DNA of 64,000 nucleotides, from positions 17,896 through 81,895 of the forward strand of contig JBAZVM010000007.1 of assembly GCA_041660885.1 (NCBI GenBank), read 5' to 3'. The stretch comes from Patescibacteria group bacterium. GTDB lineage: Bacteria > Patescibacteriota > Patescibacteriia > UBA9570 > JAHJKD01. Position numbers and translations under genes: made by a program. How positions within the stretch are numbered: the first letter of the stretch is position 1; each line of letters begins with the position of its first letter. This document shows positions 24,369 to 34,492 of this stretch, in pieces. The notes under the pieces were generated by a model that did no database searches, had not been told where the DNA came from, and worked only from the letters and a program-made list of their open reading frames with translations.

Positions 24369-26168
24369 TTATTCCCTATCGGGCGGTATTTGATAATAAT
24401 CTAAAATATATTCAGCGATATCGTGCCATATGGGCGCGACAGAACCTTCAGCCCAAGAAACATCTTGCGGTTCATCCATTTTTACCAGCATAATAAATTG
24501 CGGATTGGATATGGGGGCATAGCCCACGAAAGTATCCTTATGCCGAGAACCGGAATAACCCGAGCCGTCTTCCAAGGCAATCTGCGCCGTGCCTGTTTTT
24601 CCACCTATATAATAGCCCGGTATAGCCGCCATATAGGAGTGCCCGTTATCCACAACGTTGACCAGCATAGCAGATATAGTGGAAGCTGTCTGCTGGGAAA
24701 AAACTTGGCGCACAACAGTCGGTTCCGTTACTTCTTTATAGCCATTTGCTTTAACTTTTTCCGCAATAATATAAGGCTTCATTAATTTTCCGCCGTTCGC
24801 TAAGGTATTATACGCTGTAATAAGTTGAATAGGCGTAACTGTTATACCTTGGCCGTAAGAGGATGTGGCAGAATAAATATCTTTTAGCTGTTCCAGCGAG
24901 GAAATGTTGCCGGAATTTTCTCCGGCTAATTCTATCCCCGTTTCTTCGCCAAAACCCAAATTTTTTACATATTGATACCAAGCTTCATTGCCAATTTGCT
25001 GCACCGCGTAGATAGAACCTGTATTCAATGATTTCGCCAGTACATATTTCATATCCACCACGCCATGCGCGCCTTTTTCCGCGGTGTCGGAATTGCGTAT
25101 GGTGTAATTAGCGATTTTCACATAACCTTTGTCTTCATAGGTGGAATAAGGAGTTATTTTTCCCATATCTATGGCCGCGCCCAAAGAAAAAGATTTAAAA
25201 ACAGAACCGGATTCGTATTGATCCGATACCGCGCTGTCCATAAATACGCTTACTGATTCCACATCGGAATAATTATTCGGATCAAACGACGGAAAATTGC
25301 ATAAAGCGAGAATAGCGCCGGTTGTAGGCTGCATAATAATAACAGTTCCTTGTTTGGCTCCATGTTTCTCTACGGCCTGCTGCAATTTATCGCAAGCGTA
25401 AAATTGAATATTTTTATCAATGGTCAAATACAAATCATCTCCGTCTTGCGCTTCTTCCGTAATTTTATCGCCAATGGCCAAGAAACGGCCGGAAGCATCC
25501 TTCTCGCTTAGCAAGTATCCCGGCGTTCCTTTCAACTCATCTTCGAAATATCCTTCCAGCCCATACTGCCCTACCCTGGCATCGTCTTTCACTCCCAAGA
25601 AACCCGTAAGATGCGCGGTGTACTCCGCGTTCGGATAATAGCGCCAAGCTTCGCTGGTAAAATCAACCCCTTCTATTTTCAAATCCTCTATGGCTTTTTT
25701 CTCGTAATCGGAAACGCGGCGCTTTAAAACTTCATAGGTGTCTTTTCTGTCGTTATCTAGCATTTTCGGTTCAAGCTTTTTATTTAATTCATCCTGGCTC
25801 ATGCCAAGCAAAGGCGCTAAATCCTTTACCGCTTGTTCGCTGTTTTCTATCAGCCACGGATTGGCATAGACAACGGCTAAATCTTGGTTGGCCGCTATTT
25901 TGTAGGTACTTTCCGCGCTCAACGGATCGCGCACGTAAATTTCTCCACGATTGGGAAATAAATCTTTATATAAATCATGATTTTGCGAAGCCAAAGCCGC
26001 GTAAAAATTATGCTGCCAAACTTGCACATAAGCCAGACGCATAATAATAATGCCGCCGACGATAAAAAAAATAGCGCAGAGCACTTTCAAACGATCAGCC
26101 GCGGCCGGCGCTTTTTTTATTTTATGAGAAGAATAATGAAATCTATTTTTAAAAAATTTTTTGATCAT
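24369..26168 (-). CDS. ftsI: penicillin-binding protein (FtsI/PBP2-type transpeptidase)
   Basis: 599 aa with an N-terminal TM anchor. SxxK (SGSVFK), SxN (SLN) and KTGTA motifs. Confidence 0.85.
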   Translation of the reverse strand: MIKKFFKNRFHYSSHKIKKAPAAADRLKVLCAIFFIVGGIIIMRLAYVQVWQHNFYAALASQNHDLYKDLFPNRGEIYVRDPLSAESTYKIAANQDLAVVYANPWLIENSEQAVKDLAPLLGMSQDELNKKLEPKMLDNDRKDTYEVLKRRVSDYEKKAIEDLKIEGVDFTSEAWRYYPNAEYTAHLTGFLGVKDDARVGQYGLEGYFEDELKGTPGYLLSEKDASGRFLAIGDKITEEAQDGDDLYLTIDKNIQFYACDKLQQAVEKHGAKQGTVIIMQPTTGAILALCNFPSFDPNNYSDVESVSVFMDSAVSDQYESGSVFKSFSLGAAIDMGKITPYSTYEDKGYVKIANYTIRNSDTAEKGAHGVVDMKYVLAKSLNTGSIYAVQQIGNEAWYQYVKNLGFGEETGIELAGENSGNISSLEQLKDIYSATSSYGQGITVTPIQLITAYNTLANGGKLMKPYIIAEKVKANGYKEVTEPTVVRQVFSQQTASTISAMLVNVVDNGHSYMAAIPGYYIGGKTGTAQIALEDGSGYSGSRHKDTFVGYAPISNPQFIMLVKMDEPQDVSWAEGSVAPIWHDIAEYILDYYQIPPDRE

Positions 26169-26530
26169 TCACTTAAAGCCACGGAAGGTTTGCCAGAGAG
26201 GTATTCCGCATCTGTTACCGGTTCCAGAGTAAAATTTTCGCTGACTTGCTTTATATTGTCCATTGATTGCAGGCTTTGCACGTGTAAATCTAATTGCTTA
26301 TTTTGGCTTGAAACCGCGGCCAGCTGATCCTGCAATTGATCCAAGGCAAAACCATCGGCCGAAGTATCATTCACCAAGCCGATATAAGAAACGAATAACG
26401 CGATAATAATAGCGACAAAAGCGATATTTAAAACAAAATAATTCAAAGAAATCCTATTATACCAATGCTGGGCCTTTGGTGCGGCTGTTTTTTGGCAATT
26501 CAGTTTAGAAAACCGGAAAAATTTAGACAT
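26165..26530 (-). CDS. ftsL: FtsL-like cell division membrane protein
   Basis: 121 aa with a single TM helix and a coiled coil. Located between rsmH and ftsI, with a 4-nt overlap with ftsI. Confidence 0.55.
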   Translation of the reverse strand: MSKFFRFSKLNCQKTAAPKAQHWYNRISLNYFVLNIAFVAIIIALFVSYIGLVNDTSADGFALDQLQDQLAAVSSQNKQLDLHVQSLQSMDNIKQVSENFTLEPVTDAEYLSGKPSVALSE

Positions 26531-26536
26531 CTTATT

Positions 26537-27478
26537 TTAAATTTTAGCTATTACTCTTAATTTAGCGCTGCGGGATGGAGGATTATCCTCTATTTCCTTA
26601 GGGCTGGGAGTAACAGGTTTCTTGGTTAATAATTTAATTTGCTTCTTGTGGTGGCAAACGCACATGGGAACATCGGGCGAACACAGGCAGTCTTTGCTTT
26701 CCTGCCGGAAAAAATTCTTTACGATTCTATCTTCTAACGAGTGGAAAGAAATTATCGCCAACCGACCCCCTGGTTTTAAAAGCCTTAAGGCGGAAGGCAA
26801 GAACTGTTGCAGGTTATAAAGTTCGTCATTTACGGCTATGCGCAAGGCTTGCCAAGTGCGAGTGGCCATGTGAATTTTCTTCGGCTTCCTCTGCCCTTGG
26901 TAAGCCTCGGCCACGATTTTTAAAAGATCCGATACTTTTTCTATTTTTTTTGTTTTTCTATATAAACAGACACGACGAGAGATTTTTTTAGCCAGCGGTT
27001 CTTCTCCATACTCTTTCAATAAACTGCATATTTCTTCTTCGCGGTAAGTATTCAGAATGTCCGCCGCTGTTAGCGGACCATCCTCATTCATTCTTAAATC
27101 TAAGAGCTCATCAGGTTTTTGAAATGAGAAACCGCGTCCTGCGTCTCGGATTTCATAACTAGATACCCCAAGGTCAAGTAGAATAGCAGATACTTTTGAT
27201 AAAAATTCCAGTTGCTTCCCATAAAATTCGATCTTGGCAAAACTATCGTTAATTAATTTAAACTGGTTGCTGACTAGGCTTAGCCTCTCCTGGCTGGCCT
27301 TGATGGCCGCTTTGTCTAAGTCTAGCCCCAGTAAAAAACCATTCGGTTTTATTTTTTTTAATATCTCCCGAGAATGCCCTGCTCCGCCAATGGTGCCATC
27401 TATTGCTATATCTCCCGGTTGAACATTTAAATAATCTAGAACTTCCTTTAAAAGAACAGGGGTGTGCTGGAATAGCAT
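26537..27478 (-). CDS. rsmH: 16S rRNA (cytosine1402-N4)-methyltransferase
   Basis: 313 aa. HTPVLLKEVLDYL and DGTIGGAGHS motifs. Confidence 0.9.
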   Translation of the reverse strand: MLFQHTPVLLKEVLDYLNVQPGDIAIDGTIGGAGHSREILKKIKPNGFLLGLDLDKAAIKASQERLSLVSNQFKLINDSFAKIEFYGKQLEFLSKVSAILLDLGVSSYEIRDAGRGFSFQKPDELLDLRMNEDGPLTAADILNTYREEEICSLLKEYGEEPLAKKISRRVCLYRKTKKIEKVSDLLKIVAEAYQGQRKPKKIHMATRTWQALRIAVNDELYNLQQFLPSALRLLKPGGRLAIISFHSLEDRIVKNFFRQESKDCLCSPDVPMCVCHHKKQIKLLTKKPVTPSPKEIEDNPPSRSAKLRVIAKI

Positions 27479-27482
27479 GGCT

Positions 27483-27914
27483 TTAAACGCCTATCTCCCC
27501 CAATGCTTCGGCAATATCGCTGCTATCTTTTTCCGTACCCTTTTTATAAGCCTCCCATTTCGTTTCATCCCATATTTCCAGACGATTATACAAACCGGCG
27601 ATAACGGCTTTCTTTTTTATGGCCGCGAAATGGCGCAAATATTCCGGCAGAATGATCCTTCCTTGGCCGTCCAGCTCTACATCCATAGCGCCGGCTAGCA
27701 TTAAGCGGGAAAAAGCGCGGGTATTGGCTTTGGAAATAGGCAAAGTGGCCAGTTTATCCGCTAATTTCTGCCATTCTGTTTTGGTATATAAAAATAAGCA
27801 GTTATCAAGCCCTCGGGTAACTACTGCTCCTTTGGTGAAATCTTTTCTAAACTTAATCGGTACCGCTAAGCGGCCTTTTTCATCTAGATTATGGTTGTAT
27901 TCGCCAATAAACAT
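27483..27914 (-). CDS. mraZ: transcriptional regulator MraZ
   Basis: 143 aa. MFIGEYNHNLDEKGRLAVPIKFR and a second DGQGRIILP repeat. Confidence 0.9.
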   Translation of the reverse strand: MFIGEYNHNLDEKGRLAVPIKFRKDFTKGAVVTRGLDNCLFLYTKTEWQKLADKLATLPISKANTRAFSRLMLAGAMDVELDGQGRIILPEYLRHFAAIKKKAVIAGLYNRLEIWDETKWEAYKKGTEKDSSDIAEALGEIGV

Positions 27915-28079
27915 ATTTTCTCTTTATAGTTATGCACTTTTAGGGGTTGTTGTCCCCACTTTTATCCACTTTTTTAGTAAGTATCCCCATTATACACCAC
28001 TTTGATAAACAGGTCAAACACTTAAAACCACAAAAAAATACCCCTTTTTAGGGGTATTATGTCAAATTTTGTGGATAAC

Positions 28080-29735
28080 TCAGTCTTTTATGGGCAATTT
28101 TATGTAAAAGGTGGTTCCTTTATCTTTTTCAGATTCAAACCACACTTCCCCACCATGTTTGAGTATGATGCTTTTAACTATATATAATCCGAGGCCGGAA
28201 CCGGTTGGCTCTTCATTGATAGCTCTTTTTCCTCGATAAAAACGCGTGAATAATTTTACCCCCTCTTCATCAGTGATCCCGATGCCGCTATCCGCCACTT
28301 TAATGATAATATTCTTATCTTTGGTATAGGCTCCTAGAATTACCTTTCCTCCTTTGGCCGTATATTTTACGGCGTTGTCCAGTAAATTCTGGACGCACAT
28401 ATTTATTTTCTGCAAATCAACCCTGATCAAGGGCAATTCACCTTTGGGTTTTTCCAGAATCAAAGTGATTCCTTTTTGTTTGGCGTTTTCCACGTAATGA
28501 TCGTATAATTTTTCTAAAACTTTATCGATGTAAGTGGGTTCTATTTTGAAAGGCAGTTTATCGCGGTCTATTTCCGTGATGCCGAGCAGATTATTCATCA
28601 TGCTGATCACTTCATTGGAGCGCTGGAATCCCTTTTTTAGAAGATCGTTCTGCTCGGTACTTAATTTGCCTACATCGCCGTCTAAGAGCATTTTCATCAT
28701 CCATTTAATACTGGAAAGGGGCGTGCGCAATTGATGCGCGGCCGTGGAAATAAAATCGGATTTCATTATTTCCAGTTCTTTATCCGCCGTGATATCCCTG
28801 ATCAGAATGATGTAGCCATTAATTTTTTTCGCGCGATCATGAAGAATATGGCAATGCACGGAATAAATGTAATGATTAATATCATCGTTTATCGTAATTT
28901 CTTGGCTGGTATTTTTTTTCTTTTCTATGGACGCCATGATAAACTCCGATATCGGATTAAAACACGGCCTAAACAATTCGGCATTTATTAATTTGTTATC
29001 AATCAAACCCGGTTTTATGCCGAATATTTTTACCGAAGCGACATCGTTTATCAAAATTACTTTATTAGCGGAATCTAAAGCTATAACTCCATCCGTGATA
29101 TTGTTCAAAGTGACGCTGACTTTATCGCTTTCCTCTACTATTTCGTCTTCCCTCAAGCGCATCAAGTGCCCGATAAACGCCGCGAATAAAGAGACAATAA
29201 TAATCAAAGCCACCACGATCATGGAATTCTGTATGGTAAGAGCCGGATTTAAATAAAAACCGGGGTCCAAACTAAAGCGCCAAAAATGCGGAATGATTCT
29301 TTCATATTCCAAGAAAATCATGACAATATAAAGCATGCTCGCGGTGAGGGAAAACATGATAATTTCCAGCGCCTTGAATAATAAAATAGCCGTGGCAATG
29401 GTAATGAAATAAAATAAAAAGGCGTAGCTTTCCACTCCGCCGGTCATATAAATCAAGGCCGTATACATTATCTGGTCTATCAATATCTGCATAACGCTAA
29501 CAATATATAATTGCCTGTCGGAATAATGCTTTTTATCGCGTTTCAAATAAAAATAAAAGCAGGCGTTATAACCATAACCAATAAGCAACAATAAAAAAAT
29601 AGAAAGATCGAAATGAACCACATTTAAAAAAGTAATCTGCAGAACGCCCAGCAAAGCCAAGCCCGTATGTATAGCCCAGCGGCTTAAGACGATGCGGCGT
29701 AAAGTGGAAAGCAGGGCTTGCTTTTTATCTAGCAT
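28080..29735 (-). CDS. sensor histidine kinase (multi-TM, PAS-like, HisKA, HATPase_c)
   Basis: 551 aa. H-box FISTAAHQLRTPLSSI. Motifs NLLDNAVKYT, DSGIGI and GSGLGLYIVKSIILKHGG. Confidence 0.85.
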   Translation of the reverse strand: MLDKKQALLSTLRRIVLSRWAIHTGLALLGVLQITFLNVVHFDLSIFLLLLIGYGYNACFYFYLKRDKKHYSDRQLYIVSVMQILIDQIMYTALIYMTGGVESYAFLFYFITIATAILLFKALEIIMFSLTASMLYIVMIFLEYERIIPHFWRFSLDPGFYLNPALTIQNSMIVVALIIIVSLFAAFIGHLMRLREDEIVEESDKVSVTLNNITDGVIALDSANKVILINDVASVKIFGIKPGLIDNKLINAELFRPCFNPISEFIMASIEKKKNTSQEITINDDINHYIYSVHCHILHDRAKKINGYIILIRDITADKELEIMKSDFISTAAHQLRTPLSSIKWMMKMLLDGDVGKLSTEQNDLLKKGFQRSNEVISMMNNLLGITEIDRDKLPFKIEPTYIDKVLEKLYDHYVENAKQKGITLILEKPKGELPLIRVDLQKINMCVQNLLDNAVKYTAKGGKVILGAYTKDKNIIIKVADSGIGITDEEGVKLFTRFYRGKRAINEEPTGSGLGLYIVKSIILKHGGEVWFESEKDKGTTFYIKLPIKD

Positions 29736-30133
29736 AATTTCTTTTTTGGTTTTGTTATTGTTGGAGCGCTTTTATAAGCGGGATTGATCGCTTTTACGCT
29801 CTTTATTCTCTTGATGTTCTTTAAAGTTTTTTTCAAATCTTTAAATTGCTTTTTTGATAAATTATAAATCGGTATTTTCAAAGCATAAGCCCAAGCATTA
29901 ACAAAAACAGCTAGCAAGCGCAGGGATGTGAATGTCCCCTCCCCTTGATAGATAACTAATCCCGTAATATCTGATGGAACGACTTTGTGTTCTTTTAAAA
30001 ATTTATCCGCCAAATATAATATCTTTTCCCCTTCATCAAAACGCAAAACAAACTTTTTTTGTTTAAAAAAATTATAATCAGCTAATGCCATGTAGAGCTG
30101 ATCTTTTTTATAATTACTTATAATTAAATTCAT
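29729..30133 (-). CDS. truncated TsaB(YeaZ)-like protein
   Basis: 134 aa. VIYQGEGTFTSLRLLAVFVNAWAYALKIPIY resembles the TsaB GPGSFTGLRIG region. Only the N-terminal half is present. Confidence 0.45.
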   Translation of the reverse strand: MNLIISNYKKDQLYMALADYNFFKQKKFVLRFDEGEKILYLADKFLKEHKVVPSDITGLVIYQGEGTFTSLRLLAVFVNAWAYALKIPIYNLSKKQFKDLKKTLKNIKRIKSVKAINPAYKSAPTITKPKKKLC

Positions 30134-30248
30134 GAAAATAATATATTGATAACACCATTATTATAGCATATATCCGCTCCTTTTATTATAGGCGGATTCT
30201 TGCTATAATAATCAGGTTAAAAAACTTAATTATTATTAAAGCTTTATT

Positions 30249-31190
30249 ATGGTGAACATTCCCAAACCGCAAAAGAAAAAATTCTATAAAAAATGGTGGT
30301 TTTGGCTTATTATGGTGTTTTTATTGATAGTCGCCTTGGGCGCGTATGGCGGTTATTACACTATGCAACAAGTAAAAAATGCCGCCAATTCCAATTCAGA
30401 GCAGGAAGCGACCGCGGAGATTAAGGACTTAGTTAAAACCGTATCTTTGGAAGGAAAAATCCAATCAAAAAAAGAAGTGGCTTTATATTTTGGCGCAAGT
30501 GGAGAAGTGATCGAAACTCATGTACAAATCGGCGATGTGGTGAAAGAAGATCAATTGCTAGCTAAAATCGATGCCGACGGATATCCCGCCAGCGCTAAAG
30601 AAATAAAAGCGCCGTTTGCCGGTGTAATAACAAACATTAATATTTTCGATGATATGTTGGTAACTCCGCAAACCGCGGCCATTACTTTATCTAGCGAGGA
30701 GACGGAAATATCAGCCACGGCTTCGGAGAATGAAGTGCTTGATTTAAAAGCCGGGCAAAAGGCCACTATTACTTTTGGCAGCTTGCCCGATGTTTCTTTG
30801 GAAGCCACTGTAATTTCCGTAGCTGAAGAAAAAACCGAAGCCTCCAGCATGGCCGTGAGCGCCGCAGCGAGTGCCGGCAACAGCGGTTATGAAATCAAAT
30901 TAGATTACAGCAAGCCAAGCGATTTAATTTTAAAAAGAGACTTAAGCTGCGACATTGAAATAGTCGCCGCGGAAAAGAAAAGCGCTTTGTCCATTCCTTT
31001 GGCAGCCGTTAAATGGGAAGACTCGCAAGCATATGTGAATATTAAAAACGGAACAACTACGGAAAAAAGAGATATTAAGCTTGGCTTTGAGGGAGATGAG
31101 AATACGGAAGTTCTAGAAGGTTTGAAAGAAGGAGAAAAAATCATCATGTTCTCCGCTGAAGACTTAAGCACCAATTCTTCCATGTTTTAA
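30249..31190 (+). CDS. efflux periplasmic adaptor (HlyD/MacA-like)
   Basis: 313 aa with an N-terminal TM helix and a lipoyl-like hairpin (LLAKIDA...IKAPFAGVIT). Precedes the ABC ATPase and FtsX-type permease genes. Confidence 0.7.
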   Translation: MVNIPKPQKKKFYKKWWFWLIMVFLLIVALGAYGGYYTMQQVKNAANSNSEQEATAEIKDLVKTVSLEGKIQSKKEVALYFGASGEVIETHVQIGDVVKEDQLLAKIDADGYPASAKEIKAPFAGVITNINIFDDMLVTPQTAAITLSSEETEISATASENEVLDLKAGQKATITFGSLPDVSLEATVISVAEEKTEASSMAVSAAASAGNSGYEIKLDYSKPSDLILKRDLSCDIEIVAAEKKSALSIPLAAVKWEDSQAYVNIKNGTTTEKRDIKLGFEGDENTEVLEGLKEGEKIIMFSAEDLSTNSSMF

Positions 31191-31193
31191 AAT

Positions 31194-31871
31194 ATGAAGC
31201 ATCCTTATTTGATAGAAATCGAAAATTTGGGCAAAAGCTTTTGGCTGACGGAAACCAATTGCCTGCATGCTTTGAAATCCGCCAATTTGAAAATTAAAGA
31301 AGGTGAATTCATTGCCATTATGGGGCCATCCGGTTCGGGCAAGTCCACTTTAATGAATCTGCTGGCTTTTTTAGATTACCCCACTTCTGGCAAGTATTAT
31401 TTCGGGGGCAATAACATTACCAGCTTTGAGGAAGACTACCAAGCCGAGCTGCGCAATTCCGTGATCGGCTTTGTTTTTCAGCAATATAACCTGCTCCCCC
31501 GCACCACGGCCATAGATAATGTTCGTTTGCCTCTGATCTACACCGGCCTTTCTAAGAAAAAGCAGATCATTAAAGCAAAAGAAGCTTTGGCTAAAGTCGG
31601 TCTTTCCGACCGCCTCTACCATACGCCGGCTGAACTTTCCGGCGGGCAACAACAGCGCGTTTCTATCGCCCGCGCGCTAATAAACGACCCGAAAATTATT
31701 TTTGCGGATGAACCCACAGGCAACTTAGACAGCCAATCCGGCTACGATATTATGGAGCTCTTCATCGCGCTTAACAAAGAAGGCCGCACCATTATTATGG
31801 TTACGCACAGCGAAGATGTGGCCAAATTCGCGCACCGCGTTATAAGAATTAAAGACGGAAAAATTATATGA
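31194..31871 (+). CDS. ABC transporter ATP-binding protein (MacB/LolD type)
   Basis: 225 aa. Walker [10 protein letters not shown], signature LSGGQQQR, Walker B IIFADEPT. Confidence 0.9.
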   Translation: MKHPYLIEIENLGKSFWLTETNCLHALKSANLKIKEGEFIAIMGPSGSGKSTLMNLLAFLDYPTSGKYYFGGNNITSFEEDYQAELRNSVIGFVFQQYNLLPRTTAIDNVRLPLIYTGLSKKKQIIKAKEALAKVGLSDRLYHTPAELSGGQQQRVSIARALINDPKIIFADEPTGNLDSQSGYDIMELFIALNKEGRTIIMVTHSEDVAKFAHRVIRIKDGKII

Positions 31872-33112
31872 TTTTAGCAGAAAATATAAAAACCGGCTGG
31901 CACCAGCTGATGCTGAATAAAGGCAAAAGCTTTTTAACCATGTTAGGCATTATTATTGGCATTTTTTCCGTAATCTATATGATGACCATCGGCCAATCCG
32001 TGAAAAACTTTTTAATATCGCAAATTGAATCGATCGGTACCAATACTATTATGGTTATGCCCACCAGCGTTATGGAAGGCGAAACCGTGGGCCAGAAAGA
32101 TTTCAGCTTAACTATGGATGACGTGGAAGCGTTGCGCGAATCCGAGTTGGCTTCCCATTTGGAAGCCGTCTCCGGCATGGTTTCCTACACGGGCAAAGCC
32201 ACTTATGAATCTGCCAAAAAAACTTATGATGTTTATCTTTCCGGCTTGCATCCGGATGGTAAAATTGTCAGCAATTATAAATTAATCCAGGGCCGTTTTT
32301 TCACTCAAGCGGAATACGATCAAAACGCCCGAGTGATGGTGCTATTGGAAAACGACGCGGAAACCCTATTCGGAGATAAGAATGCCGTAGGGCAAGAATT
32401 AAAAGTTGATGATAAAAAATTCACTATAATCGGGGTGCTAGAAAAACAATCTTCCATGCAGCCGTCTATGGGCTATATCCAGCCGGTCGTTCCGCTAACC
32501 ACGGTTCAATCGTTATTCAATAATAATTCCAAAGACGTTACTTACATCTTGGCTAAAGTAGATGATAAAAATAACATACCGTCCACCGTGGCCGCCATGA
32601 AAAATATTTTAAACCAAAGGCATCCAACCGGCAAAGGAGAAGACGCGCCAGTGGAAGTGCAGAGTATGGATTCTTTCTTATCTATATTCAATAATGTTCT
32701 GCTCGGCATTCAGCTTTTCTTAAGCCTTATCGCCGCCATCTCGCTTTTGGTGGGCGGCATCGGCATTATGAATATCATGCTTATGACCGTGAAGGAGCGC
32801 ACCAAAGAAATCGGCTTGCGCAAAGCCATTGGCGCCAAGCGCTCTAATATTCTTGTTCAATTTCTGGTGGAATCCGTAGTCATCACCATTATCGGCGGCG
32901 TTATCGGCATAATCGCCGGCATTGCGTTTTCCGCCATTACCGTATTTATCGTAAATTTGGCCATGCCCGATTGGGGAGTATTTCTTTCCATCTCCTGGAT
33001 CGGCGTAATATTAAGCTGCACGGTTTCCATTTTAACCGGCATCCTTTTCGGCCTCTATCCGGCCATCAAAGCCTCCCGCCTCTCCCCCATTGAGGCGTTG
33101 AGGTATGAGTAA
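31868..33112 (+). CDS. ABC transporter permease (MacB/FtsX family)
   Basis: 414 aa. MacB-like periplasmic domain plus a C-terminal FtsX TM bundle (TKEIGLRKAIGA). 4-nt overlap with the ATPase gene. Confidence 0.85.
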   Translation: MILAENIKTGWHQLMLNKGKSFLTMLGIIIGIFSVIYMMTIGQSVKNFLISQIESIGTNTIMVMPTSVMEGETVGQKDFSLTMDDVEALRESELASHLEAVSGMVSYTGKATYESAKKTYDVYLSGLHPDGKIVSNYKLIQGRFFTQAEYDQNARVMVLLENDAETLFGDKNAVGQELKVDDKKFTIIGVLEKQSSMQPSMGYIQPVVPLTTVQSLFNNNSKDVTYILAKVDDKNNIPSTVAAMKNILNQRHPTGKGEDAPVEVQSMDSFLSIFNNVLLGIQLFLSLIAAISLLVGGIGIMNIMLMTVKERTKEIGLRKAIGAKRSNILVQFLVESVVITIIGGVIGIIAGIAFSAITVFIVNLAMPDWGVFLSISWIGVILSCTVSILTGILFGLYPAIKASRLSPIEALRYE

Positions 33113-33134
33113 AATTATTTAGAATGATCGATTG

Positions 33135-33893
33135 TTATGGCAGATCGACCAATCTATGCGTGTTTCCGGAATAAGTATTATCGAGCAAACTAATCTCGGA
33201 ATTCTTTAAGCGGATGGCAGTGCCATTCTTAATAAAATTATTGCGCCAGCAAACATTGTCTGCCGCTGAATCCTTCAAGCTGATGCCTCGCCCGTTACTG
33301 CGCAAGGTGCTGTCTTTTACGGAAAGGCCTGTTGTGTCTAAGCCGCGCACTCCGGCTTTGGTGTTATTTTTAATAATGGAATTACCTACATCAAGTGTGC
33401 TGTTCTCATGAGCGAATATTCCGTAAACTTCGCTATTGTTAATAGTCTGCTCCCAAACTTCAACAAAAGCTCCTTCTTCCAAAATAACGCCGTATCTATC
33501 CGCGTTTCTTAAAAACCCATATTTGATATCCGCGATACCGCCATCTAACACCCTCACTCCGTAATTTTTATCCGTGGCGTTTAAAATCAAATATTGCAAT
33601 TCCAAGTCCGCTCCCGCTGAAACAAGCACCTTTCCCTTTATGATAACTTCAGTATTATTTAGAGAATTTCCGGTTAAGACAACTTCTATATTTTCGGGAA
33701 TGGTTAGATCTTCTTCGTATGTACCCGCGTCAATGCTGACATAATCTCCCGTTTGGACATTATCAAGAGCCGCTTGAATGGTATGATAATCATCCGAAGC
33801 GTCGCTGCCTACCACCAGGCTTTCCGCTTGAGCAACTAATCCCAAGCCCAGCATTAAGACGCTGCAAAGAACAATTTTTTTTAATTTTTTCAT
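33135..33893 (-). CDS. secreted right-handed beta-helix repeat protein
   Basis: 252 aa with a signal peptide and repeated N/G-rich beta-helix turns (NNSEVYGIFA, KNNTKAGVRG, RSNGRGISL). Confidence 0.6.
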   Translation of the reverse strand: MKKLKKIVLCSVLMLGLGLVAQAESLVVGSDASDDYHTIQAALDNVQTGDYVSIDAGTYEEDLTIPENIEVVLTGNSLNNTEVIIKGKVLVSAGADLELQYLILNATDKNYGVRVLDGGIADIKYGFLRNADRYGVILEEGAFVEVWEQTINNSEVYGIFAHENSTLDVGNSIIKNNTKAGVRGLDTTGLSVKDSTLRSNGRGISLKDSAADNVCWRNNFIKNGTAIRLKNSEISLLDNTYSGNTHRLVDLP

Positions 33894-33912
33894 ACTTTTT
33901 TTATTTAATATT

Positions 33913-34467
33913 TTAATATTGCGGTAATCTAAGCGTCACTCTTGGCAAGGACATCTCATTTTCTTCCAGAGCCTTATTGGTAACGACTTCCGTAAACCCG
34001 CACGCGGAAAATTGTTTGTAAGCGGAAGTGGATTTTGAAGCTTCCAGATGAGAGCGACCTTTTTCTCTGGCAGATCGATATGCCGATGAACTTTCTTCGC
34101 CCAATATTATGGTAATAATGGTGATATCCGGATTATTTATTAAAGCCTGCAAATGCATTAAAGTGCCCACGGCCGCTTCTTTATCCATAACTCTTATAAG
34201 TTCCCCTTCTAAAACTCGTTCTTCCGCGTCATTAAACACAGAAAATGTCATGCGGCCCATGGTGTTATCTTTATTGTCTTTGGCAATAATGGTATTGCCG
34301 TTGATAATTATTTTATAATCCAATTCTTTTTGCAAATTATTAAAAAGAAAAACCCAAGTTTTTTTTCTTTCGTCTATCGCCGCTTTTCTTAATCTTCTTC
34401 CTAATTTTTCACCTGCAGACATTTTTTCCATATACCTCATACTACCAAAAACAGCCTTGAATATCAA
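33913..34467 (-). CDS. hypothetical protein
   Basis: 184-aa ORF with no recognised motif. Confidence 0.4.
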   Translation of the reverse strand: MIFKAVFGSMRYMEKMSAGEKLGRRLRKAAIDERKKTWVFLFNNLQKELDYKIIINGNTIIAKDNKDNTMGRMTFSVFNDAEERVLEGELIRVMDKEAAVGTLMHLQALINNPDITIITIILGEESSSAYRSAREKGRSHLEASKSTSAYKQFSACGFTEVVTNKALEENEMSLPRVTLRLPQY

Positions 34468-34492
34468 GGCTGTTTTTTTAGAAAAAGTTTTA